Positions 41,374 to 51,959 are shown, counted from the first letter of the stretch. The stretch is 64,000 nt of DNA from Candidatus Nomurabacteria bacterium (GCA_028286645.1 JAQBRF010000002.1:186518-250517); one strand, 5' to 3'. Numbers and translations are program-made. The notes: generated from the letters alone by a model not told the origin.

Positions 41374-42141
41374 ATGAAATACGATATTAAATTAAAAACC
41401 GAAACAGACATAATTAACTTACGTGAAAGCGGAAGAAGACTTGCTGTCGCTTTAAAAGAAACTGCAAAAGAAGTTAGACCAGGAGTGACTACAGGATATT
41501 TAAATGACTTTTTTCATAAATTGGTAGTAGATCAGGGGGACGAGCCGGCGTTTTTAAACTATCAGCCATTTGGAGCGGATTATCCATATCCAGGGAGCAT
41601 TTGTATATCAGTAAATGAAGAAGTGGTGCATGGCATTGGAGGAGATAGAGTTTTAGAAGAAGGGGATATTGTCGGACTTGATGGCGGTATAAAGCATAAA
41701 GGGATGATATCAGATTCTGCTATTACTGTAGGAGTCGGGGGAATAAGTGATGAAGACAAGGAATTAATGGAGGTGACCAAGAATGCTCTTATGGCGGGGA
41801 TAAATGCAGCGGTGGGTGGAAAGTATGTAAATGATATTTCAAAGGCTATTGAAAAGTCTATTCCTAAGAAGTACGGAGTAGTAAAGATTCTTTCAGGTCA
41901 TGGTGTGGGGTACAAGGTCCATGAAGAGCCGTATGTGCCTAACTTTGATGACGGTGTAAAAGGGCCAAAGCTCGTGCCAGGACTTGTGCTTGCGCTTGAG
42001 CCAATGGTAAACCACGGAACGGACGAAGTATATTTGGACAAGGACGGATATACATTTATAACAAAAGACCATAAAAAGTCAGCGCATTTTGAGCATACTA
42101 TTTTAATAACAGAAGGAAAGGCAGAGATATTAACAGCCTAG
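41374..42141 (+). CDS. map: Methionine aminopeptidase type I
   Basis: SVNEEVVHG, GHGVG..HEEP, EPM and SAHFEHT motifs. Confidence 0.98.
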   Translation: MKYDIKLKTETDIINLRESGRRLAVALKETAKEVRPGVTTGYLNDFFHKLVVDQGDEPAFLNYQPFGADYPYPGSICISVNEEVVHGIGGDRVLEEGDIVGLDGGIKHKGMISDSAITVGVGGISDEDKELMEVTKNALMAGINAAVGGKYVNDISKAIEKSIPKKYGVVKILSGHGVGYKVHEEPYVPNFDDGVKGPKLVPGLVLALEPMVNHGTDEVYLDKDGYTFITKDHKKSAHFEHTILITEGKAEILTA

Positions 42142-42175
42142 TTGACTTCTTAAAGCAGAGGAATACACTTTATAT

Positions 42176-42413
42176 ATGGAAATGAATACACCTTTTGAAT
42201 CAGACCCCCCACAATATTAAGTTTCTTTCACCGGAAGATAATATAAAAGATATGGAAGCTAGGTTAGGAATGTATGAATCTATTCCTAGTCCCACAGAAG
42301 AAGATCTCCGGCAAATTAATTACTTAAGAAGCAATATTGAGATTCAAAAACAAGCAATTAAAGACAAAGATAGTAAAAAAGACAAAGATAGTAAAAAGGA
42401 AATTATACATTAA
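42176..42413 (+). pseudogene. Small coiled-coil ORF frameshifted at a C6 tract
   Basis: ATG 42176 frame stops at 42220; removing one C of 42205-42210 fuses it to the 42195-42413 frame. Confidence 0.5.
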
Positions 42414-42469
42414 TAACTCTCTTCTAGTATTCACTGGTAACTGTCAACTGAAAACTGTAAACTGTTCCT

Positions 42470-45184
42470 ATGAATTCCCAATTCTCCACGCCTGAAGAAG
42501 AAATTGCTTATTTGCGAGCACAAGTAAAAGAAAAACAAGAAAAAGCCAAAGGATTTGAAGATCGCTTCACTCCTATTGATCATGCAAATGAAGTTGTTAG
42601 AGAATATAGAGAAACTCCTACAGAAAAAGTAATAACTCCAGAGTTTCAAGCAAGTTCGGCCACACATAAAAAGTTATTAGAATGGCTTGCTCCGAAATCA
42701 ACCGATGAGCAGATATTCATGCTTTCTCAAGTTATAGCAGAAAAGGGCATAAAAAATGCTTTTAATCTTCTTGAGAAAATGAATAGTCCCGAGCTTGACG
42801 ATGACTTTGAAAGATATTTGGCACAATACATCATTTCAGGACATGAAATAAAAAACGATATTTCAAAGGATGAGTGGAAAGCGCTTCACATGAGACTTTT
42901 TGAAATAGTATTGCCGGACGCGGATGGATCCAATGGAAAGTCGATGAAAGAAATGATGGCTCTTATGGAACAATGGTATGCCTCTATGCAAGCACTCGCC
43001 CGAGATGCCACAAACAAGGAAAAGAATTATTACTCTCTTGAAGTCGGGGTTTCTAATGGTTCGACGACTGCATCATTTTATTGTGCTGTTCACATTGATT
43101 ATGCTGATCTTTTCGAGAAGGTGGTTCTGGGAGTGTTCCCGACAGCACAAATTAGGGAAAATAAAGAAGATTATAATATTTTCCATGAACATGCCATAAC
43201 TACAGCATCTTACGCTACTCATAGCACGCACCCCGCCTTACCTATTAAGACATATGCGGATATGGAGGCTGATCCGATGTCCCTTATTCTTTCTTCCTTT
43301 ACTAAGATTGCAAAAGACGGAGAAGGCTTAGCTCTTCAATTGTTAATTCGACCAGCAGGGGATGTGTTCGCAAAGAGATTTGGAGAGATGTTGGAAGACT
43401 TACGCAAGGGAGAAACAATGAAGCGGGTTATTGATAAACAAAGTGCGCTTAAAGAAACTTTGTTTTTATTAAATTCGATGTTTTCGTCCCCTAAACCGAA
43501 AGAGGAGGAAAAAGAAAAGAAGCAAACCTTCATTGATGAAAATGCAATTAAGTATGTTCAGGATAAATTATCCAAAACAATCATCGAGTCTAATTTAAGG
43601 ATCATCTCTTCTGCGAGCTCTCTGCCTCGTGCGCAAGCTATCAGACATGATTTAGAAAGCTCGTTTATTCAATTCACTCAAGTGGGGGGCAATAGCATTG
43701 TCTTTAAGGAAGTAACAGGGAGCCGCCAGAAAGCCATGCTTCATAGATATTCATATAGATTATGGAATGAAGACGAAAGTTATCCTCTTAACTTAACAGA
43801 ACTTGCTTCAATCTTCCATTTTCCTACGCAATCTAAAGATGTATCAAATGTGCGTGAGCAAACGGCCGCCATGGCCCAGCCTCCGCTTGATATGCCGCAG
43901 GACGGCGTAATTCTGGGGGTAAATAATTTCCGCGGAGAAGAAAAGACGATTCACTTTAGTCGAGAAGATCGTATGAGGCATTTATATGTTATAGGACAGA
44001 CAGGAACCGGTAAGACGGGAATTCTCAAGAATTTAATTATTCAAGACATTAAAAATGGCGATGGATGCTGTTTCATTGATCCGCACGGGTCTGACCTCTT
44101 AGATATTTTAGCGAATGTCCCGCCTGAGCGAGCAAAAGATGTGATTTACTTTGACCCGGCGTATACAGAACGCCCCATGGGATTAAATATGCTGGAGTAT
44201 GATAGAAATTTCCCTGAACAAAAGACTTTTGTGGTAAACGAGCTCTTGGGTATTTTTGATAAGCTTTTTGATATGAAAGCAACGGGAGGTCCGGGATTTG
44301 AGCAATACTTCAGAAATGCGACCATGCTAGTTATGGAGCACCCAGAGTCTGGCAATACACTTTTGGAAATTTCTAAAGTATTTTCTGATAAGGATTTCAG
44401 GGATTATAAATTATCAAAATGTAAAAATCCTATGGTGTTACAATTCTGGCAAAATGCTGAAAAGACCACAGGAGATCAAGGGCTTCAGAACTGGACGCAG
44501 TACGTAAATAGTAAATTCGATGTCTTCATGACTAATGACATTATGCGTCCTATTATTGCTCAGGAAAAAAGCTCATTTAATTTTAGAGATATTATGGACA
44601 CCAAAAAGATATTTCTCGTTAATTTATCAAAAGGACGACTGGGAGATCTAAACTCTTCTCTTCTAGGTCTTATTATTGTAGGGAAGTTTTCACAAGCGGC
44701 GCTCTCCAGAGTAAATATAGTCGATGTTAAAGAAAGAAAAGATTTTTACTTGTATATTGATGAATTCCAAAACGTATCAACGCCTTCAATTGCCACGATT
44801 TTATCTGAAGCTCGTAAATATAGGCTATCACTTAACATTGCTCATCAGTACATAGGCCAGCTTACGGAAGAAATAAAAGGCGCGGTTTTCGGCAACGTCG
44901 GGTCTATGGCCGTATTTCGCGTAGGGCCTGACGATGCAAAATATTTAGAAACTCAGTTTGCTCCAATATTTACCGCAACTGATATAATGAGGATAGAAAA
45001 TCGTCATGGATATTTAAAGACTCTTGTAAATGGAGAGCCTAAAAAGCCTTTTGATATAAAAACACTTAATACCGAGCACGGAGACGCCAGCCGTATCGAG
45101 CCATTGAAAGAATTAAGCTACTTAACATATGGAAGACCGAGAGAAGAAGTGGAGGCAGAAGTGCTCAAGAAGTTCCAATTATAA
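42470..45184 (+). CDS. VirB4/VirD4(TraD)-like HerA-FtsK superfamily ATPase
   Basis: DR.RH.Y.IGQTGTGKT, IDPHG, YIDEFQN and LSEARKYRL...AHQY..QL motifs. Confidence 0.88.
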   Translation: MNSQFSTPEEEIAYLRAQVKEKQEKAKGFEDRFTPIDHANEVVREYRETPTEKVITPEFQASSATHKKLLEWLAPKSTDEQIFMLSQVIAEKGIKNAFNLLEKMNSPELDDDFERYLAQYIISGHEIKNDISKDEWKALHMRLFEIVLPDADGSNGKSMKEMMALMEQWYASMQALARDATNKEKNYYSLEVGVSNGSTTASFYCAVHIDYADLFEKVVLGVFPTAQIRENKEDYNIFHEHAITTASYATHSTHPALPIKTYADMEADPMSLILSSFTKIAKDGEGLALQLLIRPAGDVFAKRFGEMLEDLRKGETMKRVIDKQSALKETLFLLNSMFSSPKPKEEEKEKKQTFIDENAIKYVQDKLSKTIIESNLRIISSASSLPRAQAIRHDLESSFIQFTQVGGNSIVFKEVTGSRQKAMLHRYSYRLWNEDESYPLNLTELASIFHFPTQSKDVSNVREQTAAMAQPPLDMPQDGVILGVNNFRGEEKTIHFSREDRMRHLYVIGQTGTGKTGILKNLIIQDIKNGDGCCFIDPHGSDLLDILANVPPERAKDVIYFDPAYTERPMGLNMLEYDRNFPEQKTFVVNELLGIFDKLFDMKATGGPGFEQYFRNATMLVMEHPESGNTLLEISKVFSDKDFRDYKLSKCKNPMVLQFWQNAEKTTGDQGLQNWTQYVNSKFDVFMTNDIMRPIIAQEKSSFNFRDIMDTKKIFLVNLSKGRLGDLNSSLLGLIIVGKFSQAALSRVNIVDVKERKDFYLYIDEFQNVSTPSIATILSEARKYRLSLNIAHQYIGQLTEEIKGAVFGNVGSMAVFRVGPDDAKYLETQFAPIFTATDIMRIENRHGYLKTLVNGEPKKPFDIKTLNTEHGDASRIEPLKELSYLTYGRPREEVEAEVLKKFQL

Positions 45185-45231
45185 GATTATTTTATAATGG
45201 ACTTTATAAGTGTACTAGGTATACTTATCCT

Positions 45232-45402
45232 ATGTTGGGTTTCGTAATCCTTATCCTTTCTCTAATCGTATATATACCTCTTGCAGCAGTTTTACTTTAT
45301 GTATGGTGGAAGTATGGGAGAGGTGAGAAAGGGGTGACGGTCGCTAGAAATTTCTTTCTGGCCGGATCTTTCGTCCTGCTTTTTTCTATGCTGTTTATAT
45401 AG
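45232..45402 (+). CDS. Small two-TM protein (56 aa, not in ORF track)
   Basis: MLGFVILILSLIVYIPLAAVLLYVWWKYG...; ATG 6 nt after TATACT; ends 4 nt before the next gene. Confidence 0.65.
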   Translation: MLGFVILILSLIVYIPLAAVLLYVWWKYGRGEKGVTVARNFFLAGSFVLLFSMLFI

Positions 45403-45406
45403 ATGT

Positions 45407-45955
45407 ATGAAATTTGAAAAAGAACATATTTTAGAAGAAGGGGAAGAGATAATTTCTACCATTAGAAAGCATTGGATAGTATATGTGCATGATTTTTTCT
45501 TACATGCTTTTGGTTGCCTCTTGTTAATTGTTGCCGTCTATTATTTTTCAAGTGGAGATTTATTTAAAAATTATTCAAATGAAACTGCGTACGGCACGAT
45601 GGTCCTGATATTATTTGTCCTTATTTTCTGGACAAGCTTTTTTTATTCATGGACGAAAGATTATTTTGACGTCTGGTATGTTACGAATAAGCACATAGTA
45701 GCTGTAAATCAAAAGGAGATTTTAAGCAGGGATGAAGCATTTATGGAACTTCTCCGCATTCAAGACGTCTTCTTCGAGAAAAATGGCTTTCTTTCAAATA
45801 TCTTTGATTATGGACAGTTAAAAGTCCAGAGTGCAGGCACAGAACAGCAGTTTGTTATGGAATACGTAAAAGAAGTAGAGACTGTAGCTCATAAAATAAT
45901 GCTTCTTCGTGATGAAGCGCATAATAAATTCCCTACGCCTACATCAGGTTTATAA
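45407..45955 (+). CDS. Membrane protein with bacterial PH domain (YdbS-like)
   Basis: GEE....RKHW, two TM segments, VTN, IQDV and FDYG.L.VQSAG. Confidence 0.85.
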   Translation: MKFEKEHILEEGEEIISTIRKHWIVYVHDFFLHAFGCLLLIVAVYYFSSGDLFKNYSNETAYGTMVLILFVLIFWTSFFYSWTKDYFDVWYVTNKHIVAVNQKEILSRDEAFMELLRIQDVFFEKNGFLSNIFDYGQLKVQSAGTEQQFVMEYVKEVETVAHKIMLLRDEAHNKFPTPTSGL

Positions 45956-45971
45956 ATTTATATTTAGAACC

Positions 45972-46553
45972 TTATTTGACTCGTTCTACGTATTCACCAG
46001 TCTCAGTATTCACTACAATCTTTTCTCCCACTTCGATAAAAAAGGGAGTAGTAACTTGCGCGCCGGTTTCTAGAGTCACTAGTTTTCCGCCTCCAGAAGC
46101 CGTATTTCCTTTAATAGCAGGAGGGGCATCTTTAACTTCAAAAGTCATTTTTATTGGAAGCTTAAGTCCTATTACTGTTTCTTCATCCTCATATTCAAAT
46201 ATCTGAAGTTCTACAATAGTATCTCCTTTTAAGAATTTGGCTTTATCTCCAATTATATTTTCGTCTACTGTAAATCTATTTTTAGGATCTTTCGGATCTG
46301 TAAACCAAAATTCTCCTTTTGATGCATAAATAAACTTTGCTTCTCTTTTTGTAACATCAGCTTCATCTGCTGTTTCTGTCGAGTGAAATGTGGCAGGAAT
46401 AACTTTTCCATTAATGAGGTTTCTCATCTTTACTTGGTTCTGTGGCTTTCTCTGCTGAGTACGCGCTACATGAGACTCAAGCACTTCAAAAGGCTCATCT
46501 TTATAGATAATGTACTTTCTCTCTTTAATTTCGTTGTATTCTAGTTTAGCCAT
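45972..46553 (-). CDS. efp: Elongation factor P
   Basis: KGNTASGG.K...LETG....PFFI..GE.I.VNT.TGEYVER. Confidence 0.95.
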   Translation of the reverse strand: MAKLEYNEIKERKYIIYKDEPFEVLESHVARTQQRKPQNQVKMRNLINGKVIPATFHSTETADEADVTKREAKFIYASKGEFWFTDPKDPKNRFTVDENIIGDKAKFLKGDTIVELQIFEYEDEETVIGLKLPIKMTFEVKDAPPAIKGNTASGGGKLVTLETGAQVTTPFFIEVGEKIVVNTETGEYVERVK

Positions 46554-46710
46554 AAGACTAGGTATTAGATTTTAGACATTAGATTTTAGATAAACCTAAT
46601 ACAAATACTGATAATCTCAAGATTATAGCAGAAAATAGGGGAATTTCAATTTTTGACAATTTGATTTTAAAGTAGCAGGATAGGGAGATTCGACTCTTTT
46701 GGAGTTTCCA

Positions 46711-46911
46711 GTGTTCTTCCAAGTCTTTTTAAAATCTCAAGATAAAGTTCCCTGTGCTACATGTGGAATGCGAACATATGTTTGTGCGTATACGGGGGAT
46801 ATCGATTGTCCCTATACAAAGGGAAAGCTTTTCTGCTCAGTAGAATGTCAGTACACTCTTAAGTGGAGGGAGAAATTTCAAATATTTACCCTTAAAGGGA
46901 AGGAAGGGTAG
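46711..46911 (+). CDS. Small Cys-rich (TRASH/zinc-finger-like) protein
   Basis: CATC...C...C...FCSVEC; promoter TTGACA-17-CAGGAT, SD GGAG before GTG 46711 and a terminator downstream. Confidence 0.5.
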   Translation: MFFQVFLKSQDKVPCATCGMRTYVCAYTGDIDCPYTKGKLFCSVECQYTLKWREKFQIFTLKGKEG

Positions 46912-46941
46912 TCGCGACCTGATTGGCCGCGATTTTTTTAT

Positions 46942-47802
46942 TTATTCACTCCTTCCAAATTGCTTTGGAAAAGTCTCTGCATTATCTTTTGCAAATTGCT
47001 CTTTATCTTTATACGCTGGAATAATTTTATATTCTAATATAGCCATCCCCGCATTTACTAACAATTTATGCGGAATAAAGCTAGTGGCAAAGTTAAGAGC
47101 GCTAAGCATTGCTCTTTCAGGGTGGCTTTTAAAATTTGCGAGCTCTGACTTAACATCAAATCCCTTATTAATATAGCTTGCAAAGATACGCGATCTTCCT
47201 GGAACCATTCGTCCGAGATTAGATCCTGCTTCTATTTTATCCATTAGCGACGTACTCTCGGATCTTATTTTACTTATATCTCTTGTCACAGGTTTAAGGG
47301 TCTCCTTTCCAAGGAATGAAACTAGCGCCATACTGGCACTCACTATTTCGGTTGGAGTCTGCTCACCCTTACTTACTCTTGGGACCGTGTCTCCCAATTC
47401 GGCATTTTGTTTTTCAATAAGCTCTATATCTTCGTCGGAAGTATTTTTATAATCCTCTATATTTTCCACGCTTGATGAATCTGGGGATGGAGGTTGTTCT
47501 GTATCTTTTGTTTGGGCTAATGCGGACACTGAAGAAATTCCAATTAAAAATATTGCAGCATTTCCGAGAAGGGAAAGTTTCTCTTTCATTTTTCCTAGTA
47601 ACCCTCTCTTTTCTATCAGTTTTTCTTTTAGTTTTATTTCTTCTTCCGTTTTTGCATGAATTTCATTTATGCGTGATGAAGTAGCCTCAATCCTCTCTAA
47701 GAGTATTTCTTTCTTATTTTCGACAGATTCAAGCAGTGAGGAAGGGGATTCTATCGCGCTATCAACCGGCCTTTCGTTTGGATTTAATGAATGAGATTCC
47801 AT
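46942..47802 (-). CDS. Hypothetical protein with N-terminal coiled coil and internal hydrophobic segment
   Basis: 286-aa ORF downstream of recA. Confidence 0.7.
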   Translation of the reverse strand: MESHSLNPNERPVDSAIESPSSLLESVENKKEILLERIEATSSRINEIHAKTEEEIKLKEKLIEKRGLLGKMKEKLSLLGNAAIFLIGISSVSALAQTKDTEQPPSPDSSSVENIEDYKNTSDEDIELIEKQNAELGDTVPRVSKGEQTPTEIVSASMALVSFLGKETLKPVTRDISKIRSESTSLMDKIEAGSNLGRMVPGRSRIFASYINKGFDVKSELANFKSHPERAMLSALNFATSFIPHKLLVNAGMAILEYKIIPAYKDKEQFAKDNAETFPKQFGRSE

Positions 47803-47803
47803 A

Positions 47804-47971
47804 TTACATATTTGCGATTATTTTATCTATTTTTTCTATATCTTCTCGAATTCTAATTCTCTTCTCTAATCCGGCCACTTCTTGATCAAGCTCATTTAAA
47901 ACACCAGAAATCTCTTCAGTTGCTTCTCCCGCTCTTTCAATATAAAGCTTGTAGATACCTTCCTCTGTCAT
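47804..47971 (-). CDS. Small coiled-coil protein (55 aa, not in ORF track)
   Basis: MTEEGIYKLYIERAGEATEE...KIIANM; fills the gap 2 nt after the recA stop and 1 nt before the next start. Confidence 0.6.
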   Translation of the reverse strand: MTEEGIYKLYIERAGEATEEISGVLNELDQEVAGLEKRIRIREDIEKIDKIIANM

Positions 47972-47973
47972 AT

Positions 47974-49074
47974 CTATTCCGCAGGATCTTCATTTTCTTC
48001 TGGGTCTGCCTTACCTTCGTATGCTAATGCGCCGGACTCTAAGCATTTCTGAATTTCTTTCGTTAGTTTGTCCTGTACTTTTTTATTTTCTCTTAAATAT
48101 GTTCTAGCAGCATCATATCCTCGGCCAAGCTTCTCATCGCCATATGCATAACTAGCTCCTGATTTTTGAATAACCTTAAATTTCTCACCGAGAGCCAGAA
48201 GTTCTCCTTCTCTAGAGATTCCTTCGTTATACATAATGTCAAACTCTGTGGTCTTGAAGGGGGCAGCAACTTTGTTCTTTACGATTTTAACTTTCGTGCG
48301 TGCTCCCACCACATCTTCTCCCTTTTTAATTTGAGCGATTCTTCGTATGTCTATTCTTACTGAAGCATAAAACTTAAGCGCCTTTCCTCCTGGAGTTGTT
48401 TCGGGATTTCCGAACATAATTCCAATTTGCATACGTATTTGGTTGATGAAAACAATTACCGTCTTAGATTTGTGCGCTATTCCCGTTAGCTTTCTAAGAG
48501 CTTGCGACATTAATCTTGCTTGCTTTCCAACGTGCTGCGCTCCCATATCTCCCTCAATTTCATCTTTTGGAGTAAGCGCTGCTACTGAGTCGATGACAAC
48601 CACATCCACTTGTCCGCTTCTTACAATAGATTCTGTAATTTCAAGTGCCTGCTCTCCGTTATCTGGCTGTGAGATAAGAAGTTCATTTATATTTACGCCA
48701 AGCTTCTTGGCATACTCTGGATCCATAGCATGCTCGGCATCAATGAACGCGCAAATGCCACCGAGCTTCTGAGCTTCTGCGATGACGTGTAGTGTAAGAG
48801 TTGTCTTGCCTGATGATTCTGGTCCAAATATTTCGACTATTCTTCCGCGTGGGAGTCCTCCTACACCAAGGGCAGCGTCTAATCCTAAAGACCCAGTAGG
48901 CACAACCCCCACATCAACCTTCGGAGCTTCGCCTAATTTCATCATCGAGCCTTCCCCAAATTTATTTTGAATCTCACGCAAAAGGGCATCTGAATTTCCA
49001 GTTCTATTTCCTTTCTCGTCCATATTTTTTACACCTATTGTCTTACTTGGCTTTGCAACTTTTTTCTTCATCAT
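47974..49074 (-). CDS. recA: Recombinase RecA
   Basis: [38 protein letters not shown]. Confidence 0.99.
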   Translation of the reverse strand: MMKKKVAKPSKTIGVKNMDEKGNRTGNSDALLREIQNKFGEGSMMKLGEAPKVDVGVVPTGSLGLDAALGVGGLPRGRIVEIFGPESSGKTTLTLHVIAEAQKLGGICAFIDAEHAMDPEYAKKLGVNINELLISQPDNGEQALEITESIVRSGQVDVVVIDSVAALTPKDEIEGDMGAQHVGKQARLMSQALRKLTGIAHKSKTVIVFINQIRMQIGIMFGNPETTPGGKALKFYASVRIDIRRIAQIKKGEDVVGARTKVKIVKNKVAAPFKTTEFDIMYNEGISREGELLALGEKFKVIQKSGASYAYGDEKLGRGYDAARTYLRENKKVQDKLTKEIQKCLESGALAYEGKADPEENEDPAE

Positions 49075-49176
49075 AGGAATAGTTTTTTAGTTAATGGTTA
49101 ATTGTTACTAATGGCTAAGGATTTTAGATGGATGCTGATATGAATTTAGCTAACATCGCTATCTAATATCTACCAT

Positions 49177-49533
49177 CTAGTCCTTGGGTATTACTCGCAG
49201 CGTCTTTGTAACTTCCGCGCCGTACTGGTCCTTCGCGCTTATTATAATTATAGTATATGGATAGTATGGAACCAAGGTTTCTTTAAAGTGCCCTTCAGTG
49301 TCTATAGTTATTTGGCGGCCCTGAAGAGTGATTTCCCGTGATCTTAAAACCCTTCCAGAGACCTCAAAAGTAGTGCTTGCTACTGGATCGCCGTCTCCTG
49401 GCGAGTATATTGTTATTGAAGGCCCGGAAAGGAGGGGATAAGCCCTAAAAATGCCATAAAATACCGCGATTAGCACCAGTAGGCCTATTATATAAGGCTC
49501 TAATTTTTTTCTTAAATCGTAGGTTTCTATCAT
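49177..49533 (-). CDS. Single-TM Ig-like domain protein
   Basis: TM segment then P.I.I.SP..G...V.G...G.F; translationally close to ftsK. Confidence 0.75.
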   Translation of the reverse strand: MIETYDLRKKLEPYIIGLLVLIAVFYGIFRAYPLLSGPSITIYSPGDGDPVASTTFEVSGRVLRSREITLQGRQITIDTEGHFKETLVPYYPYTIIIISAKDQYGAEVTKTLRVIPKD

Positions 49534-49545
49534 AATCCATTAGAG

Positions 49546-51828
49546 TTAATTCCTAAAGATGTCGTCCGCTGTGGCGTCTACTGAAGACTCTTCGGTAGTA
49601 TCGGAAGGGGCAGGGTTTCCAGAAAGAACTTCTCTGTATCTCTCACCAGACCTAGCAGGGCCTATTATATTATGTCTTTCCAGATCATTAATTATACGAG
49701 CGGCTTTATTATATCCCCATCGAAAGGCAGTTTGGAGTGAAGAAGTGGAAGCTTTCCCAGTAGAAGTGACATAATCCTTTGCACTCATATAATCTTCATC
49801 GTCTTCTGGCTCGCTTCCGCCATCTCCATCATTTGAGATGTTCCCGCTTGCAATACCGACTCTAACTTTTGAAATATCAATGCTATCTGGTATGAAATCC
49901 AAATATGTCTGCTTTATATTTGCTACTACGGCTTTTATTTCTTCTGTAGAAATAAAAGGAGCTTGTATTCTAACGAGGCGGGGGTTGTCCGATGCCATAT
50001 AAAGCATATCTCCATTTCCAAGCAAATCTTCTGCTCCCGAAGCATCTAAAATAGTTCTAGAGTCAATCTGAGAAGTTGTCTTAAGCGCGATACGAGCTGG
50101 AATGTTTGCCTTAATAGTTCCGGTGATAACTTTTACATCAGGCCGCTGGGTTGAAAGTATGAGGTGTACTCCGGCGGCACGACCTTTTTGAGAGAGCGAT
50201 GTGATAAGCGGGCTTATTTCTTTTGGATACGAAAGCATGAAGTCGTTGTATTCGTCGAAGATAATAACTATATATGGCATCTTAGGCGGAACCCCTTCCA
50301 GCTCTTCACCGATTTTAGATTTTTTACGAGCTTTCTCGAGAGCGGGGGCTAATACTTTTTTATTGTAATCTGTTACGTTTACCTGGCCATATTCTGAAAG
50401 AATTTCATATCGGCGCTCAAGTTCTTGTACAGCCCAGTTGAGTGCCTTAATAGCGCTTTTCGGTTCTTTAATAATAGGGGTATAAAGATGGGGAAGATTG
50501 CTGTACATTGTAAACTCTACTCTTTTTGGATCAAGGATAATCAGCTTTAAATCATAAGGCGAGTTCTTGTAAAGAAGAGACATTAGGAGATTTTGGAGGG
50601 TGACAGATTTACCTGTACGTGTAGCACCAGCCACAAGCAAATGCGGCATTTTTTCTAAGTCTCCAAAGATGGGCTTACCAACGATTGATTTTCCTATTGC
50701 TAAGTTAAGGGGTCCGCTTTCGATGAACTCAGTAAGCTCAAGCATTGATCGGAGACCAAGAGTGGCTTTTCTTTCATTAGGGACTTCGATACCAACCAGA
50801 GATTTCCCTGGAATAGGTGCTTCAATACGTAAAAACTCAGATCCAAGTTCCATGGCAAGATTATCATGAAGGGTAACTATCTTAGATAGGTTCACTCCTT
50901 GCGCTGGTTTAAGGGTAAATTGGGTAACTGTTGGTCCAACTGTTACTTCTCCCATTTCTACATGAATACGGAAATGTTCTAACGTTCTCTGAATAGTCTG
51001 CATTTTCGCTCTAGAATCTCCTGCGCCACTTTTTCCAGAATCTACATTAAGAAGTTCAAGCGGTGGAGGAACAAACTCAGGAGTAAGAATTACCGGTCTT
51101 GCTTTTATTTCTCTTTTCGAGGCCTCTTCCTCCTCTATCGGAGAAAGCTCTCCAAATATTTCGCGTCTTAAGTCAGGTCCATCTTTTCCGTGTACCACTA
51201 CTTCTTCAATTTCTTGGGGGACTTCTTCTTCTATTTTATCTTCTAAAAGAATGGCTTCATCATCGATTGGCTTATTTCTAAATAATCCAAACATTTTTTG
51301 TAGCTGAATAAATGGATATGAAAGGATAATAAATAGAGGAGACAAAGATGGTTTTCTTTCTAGAATTACAATTCCTCCAATGGCAGCTATTCCGCCTAGT
51401 AAGGCAACGCTTGGATAGTATGCGAAATATTTTACAAGGGGCCCTGTTATAAGGACGCCTAATAATCCGGCAAATGTTGGGCTAAAGAAAAGCGTTCCTA
51501 AGCCTGATATTCCTAATAATAAAAAAAGCCAGCCAAGAGCCATCATAAATCTTATATTTGGCAGCTCCTCTTTCCATAGATAATAAGCAATGTAAAAACA
51601 TATAAGAGGGGTTACATAAGAAAAGAATCCGATTATGGATTCAATTCCCGAAAAGAGAATCTCTCCTCCATCTCCTCCTGCGTGTACCATGGAAAATATT
51701 AAAAGAGCTCCTATCATTACGAAGATAACAGAAAGTACGCCTAATATTGTTTCTGCAAGTACTGGGTCTTTTACTCTCTTACGTCTTCCTCGAGGGAGCG
51801 CATCTCCACGTGTGTCTTCCTTTGCCAT
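49546..51828 (-). CDS. ftsK: DNA translocase FtsK
   Basis: 4TM region, RIEAPIPGK, MPHLLVAGAT.TGKS, TQRP and gamma domain GYNKAAR. Confidence 0.97.
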   Translation of the reverse strand: MAKEDTRGDALPRGRRKRVKDPVLAETILGVLSVIFVMIGALLIFSMVHAGGDGGEILFSGIESIIGFFSYVTPLICFYIAYYLWKEELPNIRFMMALGWLFLLLGISGLGTLFFSPTFAGLLGVLITGPLVKYFAYYPSVALLGGIAAIGGIVILERKPSLSPLFIILSYPFIQLQKMFGLFRNKPIDDEAILLEDKIEEEVPQEIEEVVVHGKDGPDLRREIFGELSPIEEEEASKREIKARPVILTPEFVPPPLELLNVDSGKSGAGDSRAKMQTIQRTLEHFRIHVEMGEVTVGPTVTQFTLKPAQGVNLSKIVTLHDNLAMELGSEFLRIEAPIPGKSLVGIEVPNERKATLGLRSMLELTEFIESGPLNLAIGKSIVGKPIFGDLEKMPHLLVAGATRTGKSVTLQNLLMSLLYKNSPYDLKLIILDPKRVEFTMYSNLPHLYTPIIKEPKSAIKALNWAVQELERRYEILSEYGQVNVTDYNKKVLAPALEKARKKSKIGEELEGVPPKMPYIVIIFDEYNDFMLSYPKEISPLITSLSQKGRAAGVHLILSTQRPDVKVITGTIKANIPARIALKTTSQIDSRTILDASGAEDLLGNGDMLYMASDNPRLVRIQAPFISTEEIKAVVANIKQTYLDFIPDSIDISKVRVGIASGNISNDGDGGSEPEDDEDYMSAKDYVTSTGKASTSSLQTAFRWGYNKAARIINDLERHNIIGPARSGERYREVLSGNPAPSDTTEESSVDATADDIFRN

Positions 51829-51923
51829 ATAGATTAATCTTATGAAAAAAGTATATCAAAAATATTCTTTATTATATAAGGAATAACTTGGTACTAGATA
51901 GTAGAGGACAGATGTTAGATTTT

Positions 51924-51959
51924 AAATGACATTCTTTCCGAAAGGAAAGAATGTCATTT
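51924..51959. repeat. Perfect 16-bp stem hairpin with GAAA loop
   Basis: AAATGACATTCTTTCC-GAAA-GGAAAGAATGTCATTT. Confidence 0.9.
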
